This document shows positions 13,500-26,700 of a stretch of 64,000 bases of DNA, one piece after another. Numbering within the stretch: position 1 is the first letter of the stretch; every line of letters begins with the position of its first letter. The translations under genes and the position numbers were made by a program. This stretch comes from Marsupella aquatica. Its lineage: Eukaryota > Plantae > Marchantiophyta. The notes under the pieces are model-generated. The model saw nothing but the letters and a program-made list of their open reading frames with translations, was not told the DNA's origin and searched no databases. Location of the stretch: assembly GCA_973895155.1 (NCBI GenBank), contig OZ316895.1, positions 22,146,558-22,210,557 on the forward strand, written 5' to 3'.

Positions 13500-14750
13500 T
13501 ACTTAAGAACATCTTTTACTTCACAACTTACATCTTTGTCTAATGACATCCCTTTACTTATCGACCATTTTGTACTTAACAAAAAACTACTTAATAACAT
13601 CTTTCGTAAAACATAATCTTTTACCTGACAACATCTTGGACATAAAGACATCTTTGGTGCAACGACATCTTTTACTTCACAACATTTTTCACATAAGAAC
13701 ATTTTTTCTTCACGACACCTTTGGCATCACGACATCATTGTTCTTAATGACATCTTTTTACTTCACAACATCTTTCACATATTAACAACTTCTTTGGCAA
13801 CATGACATCTTTTTTCTTAACGACATCTTTGGCAACATGACATCTTTTTTCTTAAAAAAATCTTTGACAACACAACATGTTTTTACTTAACAAAATTGTT
13901 GGCAACATCACCTTTTTTCATGACAACATCTTTGGCAACACAACATATTTTTTCTTAACGACATCTTTTGTGCAACGCACTGGTATTGAGCCATCTTTCA
14001 CATATTAATGACATATTGGGTGAAACTACACCTTTTTATTTATAACATCTTTTACTTCACAATCACTTAGTTTGGCAAAATGACACCTTTTTCTTAACGC
14101 CATCTTTCACATAATGATATCTTTGGAAAAATGACTTCTTTTTTCTTAACGACATCTTTTTACTTCATGACATCTTTCAGATAACAACATCTTGGGCGAC
14201 ACGACATCTTTTGTACAATGCACTGATATTTTTCCTCAATGACGTCTTGGCCAACACGACATTTGTTTTCTCAACGACATCTTGGCCGACACGACTCTTT
14301 TTTCACAATGATGTCTTGCCCGACACAACATATTTTCTCTCAACGACGTCTTGGCCGACATGACATCTTTTTTCTCAACGACTTCTTTGCCAACACAAGA
14401 TCCTTTATCTCAATGATTTCTTGGCCTGTCACATGACATCTTTTTTATCAATGAGATCTTGGCCAACACGACATCATTTTTCTCAACGACCTCTTGGCCA
14501 ATACAACTTTTTTTCTCAACAACCTCTTGGTCGACACGACATCTTTTTTCTCAACCAAATCTTGGCCGACACGACATATTCTGTTTATCATCAACATCTT
14601 GCCGACACAACATCTTTTGTTCTCAAGAATTTTTTGGGCGACACGACATCTTTCTTCTCAACAACCTCTTGGCCGACATGACCTCTTTTGTTCTCAACAA
14701 TATCTTGGCCGTCACGACATCTTTTGTGCAACGCACGGGTATTGAGCTAG
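13500..14750 (+). repeat. Degenerate ~30-35 bp minisatellite array ending in a Helitron-type 3' terminus
   Basis: Many copies of (A)ACGACATCTT with GGCCGAC/GGCAAC or T-run linkers. The array ends in GTGCAACGCACGGGTATTGAGCTAG|T (14726-14750), matching the plant Helitron 3' motif (..GCAACGCACGG + spacer + CTAG, followed by T). Confidence 0.75.
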
Positions 14751-17700
14751 TTCAAGACATAATAAGCACTCCCATCAACATTTCTTTTTTCTTTGGGCCC
14801 ACTGCTTGCCATGTAGGGTAGGCTATGTACGATAGGTAGACTGAAAGACCCTGAGAAAACTTTTTGGATAGGAGAAATTGTAATGGCCACCAGCAAAAGT
14901 CTGGAGGCAAGTAAAACTAACTTTTAGCAATTGTGAATAGCGAACCTAGTCAATTAGGTATTGCGAGCTGCTGCATTAATTAGGTCATCTCCCAAATATG
15001 GAAGCTATGAACTCAGCCCATTGTCAGCAATCTATTGTAGGGTGTTAGACTGAAAAGATCTTGGTCGAGATATTCTTGGTTGCTGACCGCACTCTCCAAA
15101 AAAGCCAAGTGCCCAACAGCCCCAAGTTTGGCGGTCTGGCCTTCTGAGAGTGGAGTTCAATAAAGTCAGTGTCTACAGATTTTCCACCTCCCAAGTGGCG
15201 CGTCAAGATCTGTGGAGTTCTGGACTGCAACTTTTGGGACGGGAGCTCCAATATTGCCCAGATTTGAGTGTTCCGTGAATCCTGCCATTTTATAATAAGG
15301 GCGTGGTGGTTCAGGATTTGATCTGCAGGTTGTCGGTGTCATGGGAGTATTCGACCAGAAGTGTCCAACTGTCCTAGAGACTCCACTAGCTTCTCTGCTT
15401 TCTCAACCAGTCTTTTGAGAACGAGCCAAAAACTATACTACGTGACGAGTGCCAGACTTCCCAGAATTGCAGTCCAACGGTGGAGGCAATTAGCTTGTGT
15501 CACAATAGTGCGTCTCAAATCTCTCTTTTCTGTCTTCTGTCGCAGTCAGCGACAAATTGTGTCCACCACTTTTGTGTGTGGACACAAAAATGCGTGTCTG
15601 CACACCCTGTTCCCTTGCCCAAAATTGGTAGTTTTGTGAGTCATTTTTTTCCCCAAAGTTCAAGGTTTGAAACTCCCTAATACAGTCTACCATGTCTAAG
15701 TGCATGCTCCCCGAGCAACTCCCCAACCTGGACTTATCCTGGTATATATCTATCAGTCTAAAGTATAATATATATAATCCTATTGTTTTTTGTGATAAGT
15801 TTATGAAATGTGATTATGGTGGGAAGCTTCCTGGTCCTTGGATTATGGTGACTTTTTATTACCATGAGATGGACCAAAAGGGACACTTTTCATGTCCAAC
15901 CCACCCATCAGTCTCAGCACAACTCACACACTCCTTGAAATCCAGTTGGCAAAGCAACGGCAAGTTGCTTTGCCAACTCCCATGTAGGATCCAAAGGCCG
16001 GATTGACCATCTCACTTATGTTCCACAACACTTTTCAAGACTGAACTTCACTTTCAATGAACAATACTCTGTAATGCATAGGCTAATGGACTACATTCTA
16101 AGTGCATGGGATATACATAATGCACTTATGTATTTGTCATTTAGTGCTGGTAATTGTTGTTTACATAGGGTCAATCTCCTATGCAAACTGAATTTTTTTG
16201 GTGCACTCTCAAATGAAATTGCTCCAATATTAGGGGACTACATGGTGGGCCTGCACTTAACTATAGAATGCACTGATGCACTCTAGAATGTAGATTACTT
16301 TCGCCCTTAGGTTTTTGTGTTCAGTATTTGCTTTGTCAGCCTCTCCTCAAAGTAGACAATGTGGAATTCACTTTTCCCTACTGCATTAGTTTCTTGATTT
16401 GCAACTAGACCATGTGGTCCTTTTCCCTAAGTATATTTGTTTTCTTTTCAGATCTGGGTGTAGGCTTTCTTGACCACTAAAAGCCTAATACGCCTGATTG
16501 CGAGAACACCTAAGGTAACTCCTCATCATAGCATAGATGAACGATGCTTTATAGGCTGGACATTGGCATACTTTTTTGCTGGTTTGGTGGGCAACTCGTT
16601 GCACAAATCTCAAGAATGACATTTCTTATGTGCTTCACACAAAATTTATTTAGTGAGTTATTCAAGTAAATAAGTGTTGGCTCTTGCACACTAGTGTGGG
16701 ATGTAGTTCCCGTAAATGGCACTTATCAAGTCTAAAAGGACTTAAAGTCTGTGTGCGACAGGAGGTGATGCTCCATCACAGCGGTTACTGGTGGATCTTA
16801 CCATGGTCCAGAGGATCAACGTACTTTGGCAGATGTAGTGGCGACAAACCCATTCATTTACGCCAAGACATCATCGGGACAGCAGCAACAAAGGTAGGGG
16901 CAGCAGCATCACGAGCGACAACAACGTAAGAGGCCAAATATGTTGCACGAGCTTCATCTGATAGCTTCCTCCCCCTTGCTCTTGAGATATTTGGGCGGTC
17001 TCCATCATTAGTTCGATAGGTTTCTTCGACAAGTTGCTCGGGATGTTCATGGCCGGATGGGTCCCATCGGACCCCCGCTATATGTTTTGACCACACACTT
17101 TCATCAATGTATTTCAGTCACCTTACAACGTGCTCAAGCTCAACCATCTATCGTCAACTTTGACAGTGGGTGCTAGTGTGCCTCCACAATGGCTAGCCTC
17201 CCTAGAGGACATTCCAATCTCACTTGCCGATTTAGTTTCAACACTTGATGTGGACCATTAGTTTTTTGCCACATTTGCTAGGAATGATGAAGACCTTGGT
17301 CTATTTGCGGTAGTTTTAGTTCCTCTTCTTGGTTTTTAGGGGTTTCCTTTTGCTCACTTCTTTTAGTTTTTCTTTCTTGGTTTTTTGGGGTTTCCTTTTT
17401 CTCACTTCTTTTGTGTTTGGTTTTGTCCACTTGGGATCTCTTTTGTTTATTCTTTTGTATTCTGTTTGGCACTTTTCTATAAAAATTTTGTATATTTTTC
17501 CATTAAAAAAACCTTAAAAGCGCAAACCACATATGTAATCGTACCATGGATTTTGGTTCCCTCAATCTGCTTTATACCACTTAAGAATTAAGATTCTATT
17601 ATAGTGTGGTCGTCATAAACAGACTTTACTCTAGCTTAGTTAGAGCACCCCCATTCTAGCTGCTATCTGGTCTACAGTAGATCTGGTCTATATAATCCCC

Positions 17701-18849
17701 CAAAGCTAAGACTACCATGGGTGGCTTTACAAAGAATTTTGGGGCAGATGTGACTTTTGTTTCCACCCAAAACAAACTGGAGGGTCACTTCTGACTCCCG
17801 CCAATAATCTTTTGAAATGAAATGAAGAAAATAATATCACTTCCCTTGAACGAAGGAGGCTTACCATACCTGAAAGGGCTGCCAAGGTCTTGTAAAAGCG
17901 ACTGCAGTTCCACACATTAAAGAGTCCAGATTCCAAACTTAATCTCGTAGGGACTAAAAAGGAAGCATGGGGCACTTGTGAATTTTTTCTCACCAAAGCA
18001 AAATGGATGACCACTTATTGTTCTAAAGACAGACTCTAGACCAAACATCTTTCAAAATGAAAACTCTATAAATAAAAAAATTCTGGAATGAAGGAGCCAA
18101 AAATTTTGAAATGTTTGGACCACTAGCATACATTGTACTCAATGCACCTGGGTAATACACCTTGTGAAAGCAAATTGACATGAATCAAGGATCATCTGGA
18201 GTGGGTTGTCTGATTTCAAGTTGATGTTGAGATGGAACATTTGACCTGGGGACTGTAGCCCAAGTATTTTTTGACGCCCTAATATGTTAGCATTCATGCA
18301 AAAGGAAGACTGTACTTGAATAAAAAGATATAATATGTTTAAGTTGATCCATGCAAGTGCTAACGATCGATCAAGTAAGCATTCATGCAAAGGAAAGATC
18401 GATCAAGTAAGTATTCATGCAAAGGAAAGATGCTGCTTGAGTGAAAAGATTATTTAAATATGACCCATGCAATTTTCGACGGTCGTCCAAGCATCTCGTC
18501 AAACATTATGATTTACGAGGGCTTTCTATTCACTATTTCACCAAGGGGCCTTTTACAAAAATGATGCTCAGATGGACCACGACCAGTAACCATGCAATAC
18601 ACATTTGAGGGTGTGGGTCAATTTGTTGGTCACTGAATTTTTTGTACGTTTTTCAACTTATGTTTGCAGCCCCAAATGTGAAAATTGACCATGCCTATAG
18701 TTATAGTCGATATGAAAACCCCAGATAGTAGCATGTTTTTATGGATTTTCCCTCAGTTTACCCTTATAGGGAAAATCCCTCAGATAACTCCCCAGTGTTT
18801 TACACAAAATGCACAAACAGTTCACTGTTACAAGCAGGGAATTTGGGAG

Positions 18850-19035
18850 TTTTGGCAAAGATGTCTATGCATTGAGTTTGCATCCAAAATTTTCACATTG
18901 GGGTTGAAAAAACGATGAGTAATAATACAATACACATTTGGGTCACTGAAGTATTTGTCAGTTTGACCAAAAGTTGCACAAGAATGGTTGTGAAATTGTG
19001 GATGCAAACTCAATGCATAGACATCCTTGCCAAAA
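18850..19035. repeat. Inverted repeat (~47-bp arms, ~90-bp spacer); MITE remnant or hairpin
   Basis: 18850-18897 (TTTTGGCAAAGATGTCTATGCATTGAGTTTGCATCCAAAATTTTCACA) is the reverse complement of 18989-19035 with about 2 mismatches and 1 indel. No TSD seen. Confidence 0.75.
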
Positions 19036-22000
19036 ACACCAGGGAGAAATTAAGAATTTGAAGTGCCCATGGACCATAAGGTTGGACTTTGAATTCCCAT
19101 GGACCACATCTCCCAGAATTTGAGCTTAACTGTAATAACTTGATATTCAAAATTCAAACATCTTTCTAGTTATGGGAATATGCTAGAGAAATTGATAAAC
19201 TACACTTCCATCAAAGTGACAGTGAATTTTAGACATGTTGACTGGTTTTTCATCACAGAATGTGTAGGGGTGATTTTTGTTGGATTAATTTTCATTATAT
19301 CAATATGGCATATTTGGGTGACCTGTGTTTTTTTAAGTCTCCTCGTTCTCTACACCTTGCAAGTGAAAAATTAATCCGTGGACCCCCATGTTCATCCAAG
19401 GAATGTGTGCATGATGAAGTGAAATCAATTTTCAGCAAGGCAATGACTGACGGTTTTGAGTCTCCCAATGGTGTTGGTGTGTACTTGTATAAAAGAAAAC
19501 GCTCAAAAGATAGAGGAGATTTATCAAACAAAAGGTTGAATGTGGAGGAATTGAGTTTTTTGACAGTTTTTGCTTACACATTATTGGAGAAATTGTGTTT
19601 TTACCATTCTTGATTGATAATTTGTGAGTTACATTGAGCATTACCGCCACAAGACAGACTGGAGGACAACACTCAGCTGTTGGCAAAAGAGCGCTTGTTG
19701 ATTCGGTGAGAAGAACACATAAAATGAACGAGCCATCACTTCACACGAAGGATTTGTAGTTTTTTTATTTAAGAAAACTATGGTGTGAGGGGGAGACCAA
19801 CAATTGTTTCTTTGACATAGAGGTTGCATTTGGCGTCAACCTGTCTTCACAGTGAGCTTCAATTGAAGACTAGAGGGATGCAAACAATTCAAGTCAGGAG
19901 GCAAGCATTGTGGACAAGCGATGACGATGTAATCAAAGAAATCAATTTGCAACGGCTAAGTTTTTGACAATGACGAGATTGTGATATCTCTCAATCGAGA
20001 AAGGGTTTCCAATGAGCCTCAGATTGACAAATTTTGTAAAGTTCTAAATGAGTTTTTGAATTTGTTTGCCTTTCCAATCATGAGTGTGAGTATAAGAAAT
20101 TTTGATCATGAGTTCATGAATTCTTTTCGCTTTCCAACATTGAGTTCAACATTGTCAGATTTTGTCACGGTACTAGAGAGATCATGAGGTTTTCAATCTC
20201 TTCAGCTTTCTAATGTGTGACATTGAGACTATTTGTCAAGAATTAGAGAGATCATGAGTATCTGAAATTCTCTAGCTTTCCAATGAACCTAACATTGATA
20301 GATTTTGTCAAGTACTAAGGAGATGATGAGTTTTTAATTTTACTCTAGCTTTCCAATGAGAGGTCTATGTTTCTAAATCTTGATCTTGAGTTTTCCAATG
20401 AATCAAACATTGACAGATTTTATCAAGTACTAAGGAGATTGATTATTTAGTTTTACAATGTGAAGCCAAAGGGGTTTTAACTATGTACATTTCTATCAAT
20501 TGGTTTTTTCAAACTTGCAAACAATTAAAAAATACAAGCATTTTGATATAAAACACTTATACATCTTTGACAAACATCATCATGGTAACTTTATTTTACT
20601 AAATGACATCTCTTCCTTTGTATTTTGGTTTTTTTACATTTAATATTTATGGCATGGCGCCCCAAAAATTACATTACTTTTGCCACAAACAGGAATGTTC
20701 ATGTTTGTCATTGTTAAAAGTAGGATCATTCATGTTTGTGGCTGGTTGTGATGATGTGGCGCAACCTTGTGGCAGAGAATTTGCAAGAGACTTCTCATGG
20801 GGGTCCGTAATTAAAAATTCTTTTAATATTCTTAATCCTCAAGTTAGGAACTCCAAATTCCAAAGGACTATTAAACTGGGATCCATGGGAATAACGTGTC
20901 CAGCATGGTGGTCCATCCTAGCTTCAACTTTGAGAAATAAGCATTGAAAAGAACCTTGAAAATTGAAAACGCAACCGAGAGATATGCTTAGTGGACCTCT
21001 AAATCAAATGTTTTCTCTTAATAGACCAAAAGATGGAGATTCTTTCCCAATGGACCTTTGGACCCACTCCGTAGAGCATTGCTCTTGTGAAAATGTTAAC
21101 CACACACTGCAGGCTGACGATGCAGCCTGATCACACTATGGTTAGTCAAGTATGGTAACATCAAAGGGTAGATGTGTAATGCATGAACAACAAAGGCCGT
21201 AGCCACTGGCCACAATGGAGCACCAATTGCCCAAGCGCAACAGCTTTCCTGTTTAGCTGAATACATTGTAACTATTGTATTCAAACTAGAGATGAAGGGT
21301 CTTATGGTTGCATTGGAGCATCCAGGCCAGTGCAATGGCGAGGCCTCCCAACTTGGTGGATTCAAACTACAAATGAAGGATCGTATGATCGAATTGGAGT
21401 CCCCTTAATGGGGGGGGGGGGGGAGGTTTACTATCCCGGTCACTATATGAAGGGTCATACATCACATGCTACGGTTTGGGTCATTTATGACCCCCCTAAG
21501 TCACTTTCTATAAAGTTGTACGACATCAATCATGTGATGACATGTATGCATTTTGTGATTAAACAATCCTATGATTCCATTGAAAACTTAATAAGTCTTC
21601 TGCCAAAACCATTTAAATGGCCGTATACTTCGTGGCATGTGATATGCCACTTCCATGAAAGTGACCCCCCCGAAGGAGTACCCAAGCACTGTAGTGTCAC
21701 CTGCTAGCTTGATTGAATACATTATGGCTATTCCATCCAAACTATGAAGGAAAAACTTTATGACCGCACTGAAGCATGCAAGCCCCGTAGCTTCCCCAAA
21801 CTCATTGCTTTTTGAAGACGATGTGAATATTATATAAAAAAATCAACAATGATTTTTAAGATTCAAATGACTGTGCTCTCCTTTTAGAAACCTGTTTTTC
21901 CTCTCATTGCGTGTAGGTTCATTTCTTGACATTTTCTTGTGCTGCTTGTTCTTGCTGAACATTCAATTCTACTCGTGTTCTTGCTCGTGTTCCTCCGACT

Positions 22001-23789
22001 CCTATGGCTACCCTTTAAGATGTGCAAACTGCAATGAAGGGGTGTCCATTATCATTGGGCCAATCCAAGTTTATGCCTGCAATTTGGAGGGTCTTTGAAT
22101 GTATACAATCTACATAATATATTTTGTTTTGTTCAAGATGCACATATTCATTTTGATTTTACATGCCTATGCTAGGGTATGCCCTAAACTCTAGTCCTCT
22201 AATTATATGTATACATTGTTGTCAATGTATGGAAGTTCTTTGCAATGCTTGGTGCTGTGCGATAGCCGCACAGCAAAAGATTCACTTGATATTGTCGTTA
22301 TAGTTTGACGCATTTGGCGACATGGTCAGACACTCAATAACCATAAAGTATCTTGCATTTTGAAATGACTTTATCAAATTATAAGAACTAAAATGACTTT
22401 ATCAAATTATAAGAACTAAAATGACACGGTCACACTCAACAACCATAGAATATCTTGCCTTTTATAATGACTTTCTCAAATTATGACTACTAAAAATTAT
22501 GTTATAAGAATGTGTGACATGAAACGTACTTTGGGAGAAAATTATGTTATAAGAAAGTGTGACATGAAACTGTATTTTGGGTGAGCCGGGAGGTCCATTG
22601 GAGCAAAAATGCATCTTTTGGTGGGTTAAAAAAATGGTTGCATTTGGATTCGTCGATGTATCAAACGAAACCACATTTAAAAATAAGGTGGCGAGGTGTC
22701 CACAGGTCACAGCACTACCTGGGCCGCATTCATTCTCCCAAGTAATGTGGTAGTTACACCCTCACCAGCACTGGGAGTCTGGGACACCCTGGCTCTCTGC
22801 CCGATGCCCCTCCCCGACCGTCCGTCCGTGCTTCAGTCGGCGTTCAGACTTCAGTAGTACTAGTAGTAGTAGTGGTTCAGTCCCACACCAAACGAGGCCA
22901 TTGTTTGTCCGCCTCTCCCCTCCTTTGCCCGCAAGTATTATTTAGAAGTTAGAAACCAGGCGAGGCCAACCAACCTGAGCGCGTCAGCTACACCGCAAAT
23001 TACTCGACCTTCTAATTCAAAAACCCGTGTTTAAACGGTCGAGATCTTCCCCCAGAAGCGAGTGCGCCGCACCAGCCGTTAGATGGGGCAGAAGGCCGGG
23101 TTAACAAAGCCAGCGGTCCAGGGTTCGAACCCTGCATACGCGGAGAAACAACCCAACAGTTGTCCGGTAGCGGGGATGGTATTATTATTTTTGTTGTTTG
23201 TTCGGACGGCCACCCTTTTCCGGCTCGGGGCATAAATACGGTGCTCTGCGCGGAGTAGCAGCAGTCGAAGGCAGTCTTCGAGGCGCTCGACTAGAGACTC
23301 AATTCAACTCAAATCAACCCAATTCGTCGACAACAGCTCCCTCGAGCGGCAGCTCAGCGAAATGTCAGCTAAATTGTGTGGGGATTGTGCGAGTTGAGAG
23401 AAGGGGAGGGACGAATTCACGGAACGTACATTTCTCGTGCTTCTTACAATTCTCCACGGACTGCCAGCTCGTTCCTCGAGAGGAGTACTCACTGACTGCT
23501 GACTGCATGCAGTGGGCCTGGCAAATCAGTCTTTCATTTTGTGCTGGACGGAGTGCTGTCCGGTTCGGAGAGAGCTCGGCTCAGCTGTGGGTATTTGATC
23601 CTTGGGAATTGAGAAGTGTGGGCTGTGTTTGTTGTGAAGGGAGGAGATCAAGAGAGGGTAAAGTGAGAGAGAAGGAGCTGTGCATGTGAACAACAAACGG
23701 AGTCACTCTCTACTAGGGAGTGAAAGAAGAAGCGTGTGGCTTGCGGGACGACGAGGGAGAACGAGGAAGGTGAGGTGAGTGTGAGGACG

Positions 23790-26700
23790 ATGGGGAATTC
23801 TGAGATCGAGTCGCCGTTGCTAAGGGAGGGAGACGCTGAGAGCCAAGTGAACGATAGGATTTCCCGTGTGAATGACGATTACGTTGCTCTGCCCGAAGCA
23901 GAGGCCGGTGGTGTAGAGAGACGGGTTGGAGGGGGTTTCCTTGCACAGAAGGGCCGGAATATCCTGCTCGTGGTAGGGATTTCCTGCATTGCAGCCATTT
24001 TGCTCGCGAGCGCCGTTTTTGTCTCTTACAACTTGCAGTCCGATGGCCTTGACGGGGATGGTGCGAACTCGCCTGCTGACAATGCCGAGTTCCTCAAAGC
24101 ACAACGCACGTCCTTTCACTTCCAACCCGAGCGGAACTACATGAGTGGTATGGTTTCCTCGTCCTTTCCCTTCCTTTCCCTTCCATTTTCGAGAAAAATT
24201 CGTTTCTGAGTTGATTTCTTTTGTGTCTATTTTGGCGTATTAGTCGAGCTTTTCTTCATCGTTTTGCTTCTCGTTGGACTATCGCATCTTGAGTTTTTCA
24301 ATTGGGCTTGTCACCAGTCGTCTTGAGCTTCATAGAGGAGTTTCTAACATGTGTACTTGTCGCTTGTCTGTTTTGATCGACTCTGTATCGACTGCTGCTG
24401 CCGACAGATCCTTGTGGTGAGTTCTCCCTTCTCTGTTTCGAATGTATCTTCCCTCCATTCTGTTGTGCTTCCCCCTAGAGTCGATCGGGCAGGAGAGAGA
24501 TGGATCCTCCGAGCTTGTATAGGAGGAGAGATTGATGGATCCTCCTAGTCACTTTTATAGAAGAGATGGATCCTGTCGGGTCTTTAACAATTTAACGGCA
24601 GTCTGTCCTTGATGTCGTTTGATGTCTTCTGTAGAGTCCTAGAGACTTTGCTTCTTTAACTGCCTCTCGTTCGAGAGATGACAGTGCTATAGACTCTGCT
24701 TCTTTAACTGCCTCACGTTCGAAGATGACAGTCCCATTTACTCTGCCTATGGTCCTGTACAATCACCTTCTGAGCCTACTGTTGGTAGATCACAGCTGTT
24801 CAGTTGTGAAGGAGCCATTGGTACGATTGTCTTGTCCGAACACGCGTTGAATAACTTCCTCTTGGTAAGGTTGTATGGACGGCCATGAGGAAGTTCATTT
24901 AAAGCCGGGTGTACAAGAGCAAAAGACAGTGCCTGGAATTCTGAAGTGTGTTAGCATGTGCGGGCTTCTCTCGTTCGTATCATTCATTCCGTACAATTCA
25001 TCGAGTGGTCATGAAGAGTTTAGAAGTCCGCGTCATTTGATCCTGGCTGTCACAAGTGACTGTATGAAGTGAAGCCAACGAAATGGGTCCAGTTTAGTGA
25101 GATTTATTCAGTAGACAGACGTTCCTCTGCATCTGACATGGTGTTGAATTGAATAATACGACGATTCCTTTCGAAGGCTCGTTGCACTCCTCTAACAACG
25201 TTTTCATTGAATTTTACAGCTCCGTTGTATTACAAAGGATGGTATCATCTCTTCTACCAATACAATCCTAACGGCGCTAGCTGGGGAGATATTGGATGGG
25301 GTCACACCGTCTCCAAAGACTTGGTTCACTGGATATACCTGGAAGAGATCCTCAGACCTACCGAATGGTACGACATTTTTGGTGCTTGGTCTGGTTACGC
25401 TTCCATTCGCGAAGACGGGTCCCCAGTCATCCTATACACCGGCGGACGAACTGCATTCAGCAGCTTGGCTGAGCAGTCTCAAAACATGGCGCTACCTGAG
25501 GATCCTTCCGATCCACTATTGAGGAAATGGTACAAAGTAGAACAGAATCCGATCATGCTGAACCCCGACTTCATCCGTCCTCAGGACTTCAGAGATCCTA
25601 CCACAGCTTGGCTCGAGGACGACGGTTTGTGGAGAGTGGCCCTTGGTTCAAGGATTGACAACCCTGACGGATCAAGAGATGGCGCCGCTTTGATGTACAC
25701 CAGCACTGATTTCTATCATTGGAATCTGACTGGTACCATTCTGGACAGAGTGGCTGGAACCGGGATGTGGGAATGCCTCGATCTATACCCAATTTTGACC
25801 GAAGGTCAAATTGGAGCGAACCACTCCGTTCTGCGAAAAGGCTATTGGCCGGCTACCGAGAGTCATGCTGAGCACTACCATAATGACATCAAGTACGTGT
25901 TGAAGGCTAGCATGGACGAACTCAGGCACGATCATTATGCCATTGGTACCTACTCCTTGGATACACACCAGTTCATTCCTGACGACAAGTGGATTGACGT
26001 GGGTATTGGTCTCCGATACGATTGGGGAAAATTTTACGCCTCCAAGACTTTCTTCGACCCAACCACCCGCAGACGTATTCTTTGGGGTTACGTCAATGAG
26101 TCCGATAGCGAGACAGATGATGTGTCGAAAGGCTGGGCCTGTGCTATGGTAGGTGGTCTTGTCTTGTACTGTTTTCAGCCCTTGGAGTATTTGTTGCTTA
26201 AGAATCTAATTTCACACTCTTAGCACTGTGACCTTTCACTGCTTCAGGTTTGCATTGTTGATAAGTAGTTCGTGTTGTGTCGAACAGGCTATTCCCAGGG
26301 CTGTGTGGCTCGACCCAATGACCAAATCGAATTTGCTTATCTGGCCGGTCGAGGAGGTCGAGGACCTGCGTACTTCCCATACCAGTCACACTAACATCGC
26401 ACTCAAGCCCGCAGAGACGTGGAAAGTCAAGGGAGGTGGCGGAAACCAGGTATATAGTCGGCCACTCCTCACATAGTCCTACGTATTTTTGCGTTGAAGA
26501 TCCTTGTCAATTCAATCGTGGTAGTACTGGCCTTATATTTAACGGTCGAGCTCCTCTGCATGTATGTGAAGTACTAGTAGGTGTTTGCCTTTGCGGGTCT
26601 TTGCGGGTCTTTCCATGTATTGGAAGGAACTGCAGTTAGTTTTTCGCATGCGTCTTTAGCGTATGTTGAACCTGACGTCAGCAGTGCGTTTCATGAAGCT

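Noticed and set aside
13493-14821. Several ORFs with TTSWPTRHLF-like repeats
   Set aside because: These are translations of the minisatellite in several frames.
16700-17520. Possible LINE 3' end (T-rich tract ending in an A-run)
   Set aside because: Composition only; no RT or zinc-finger motif identified.
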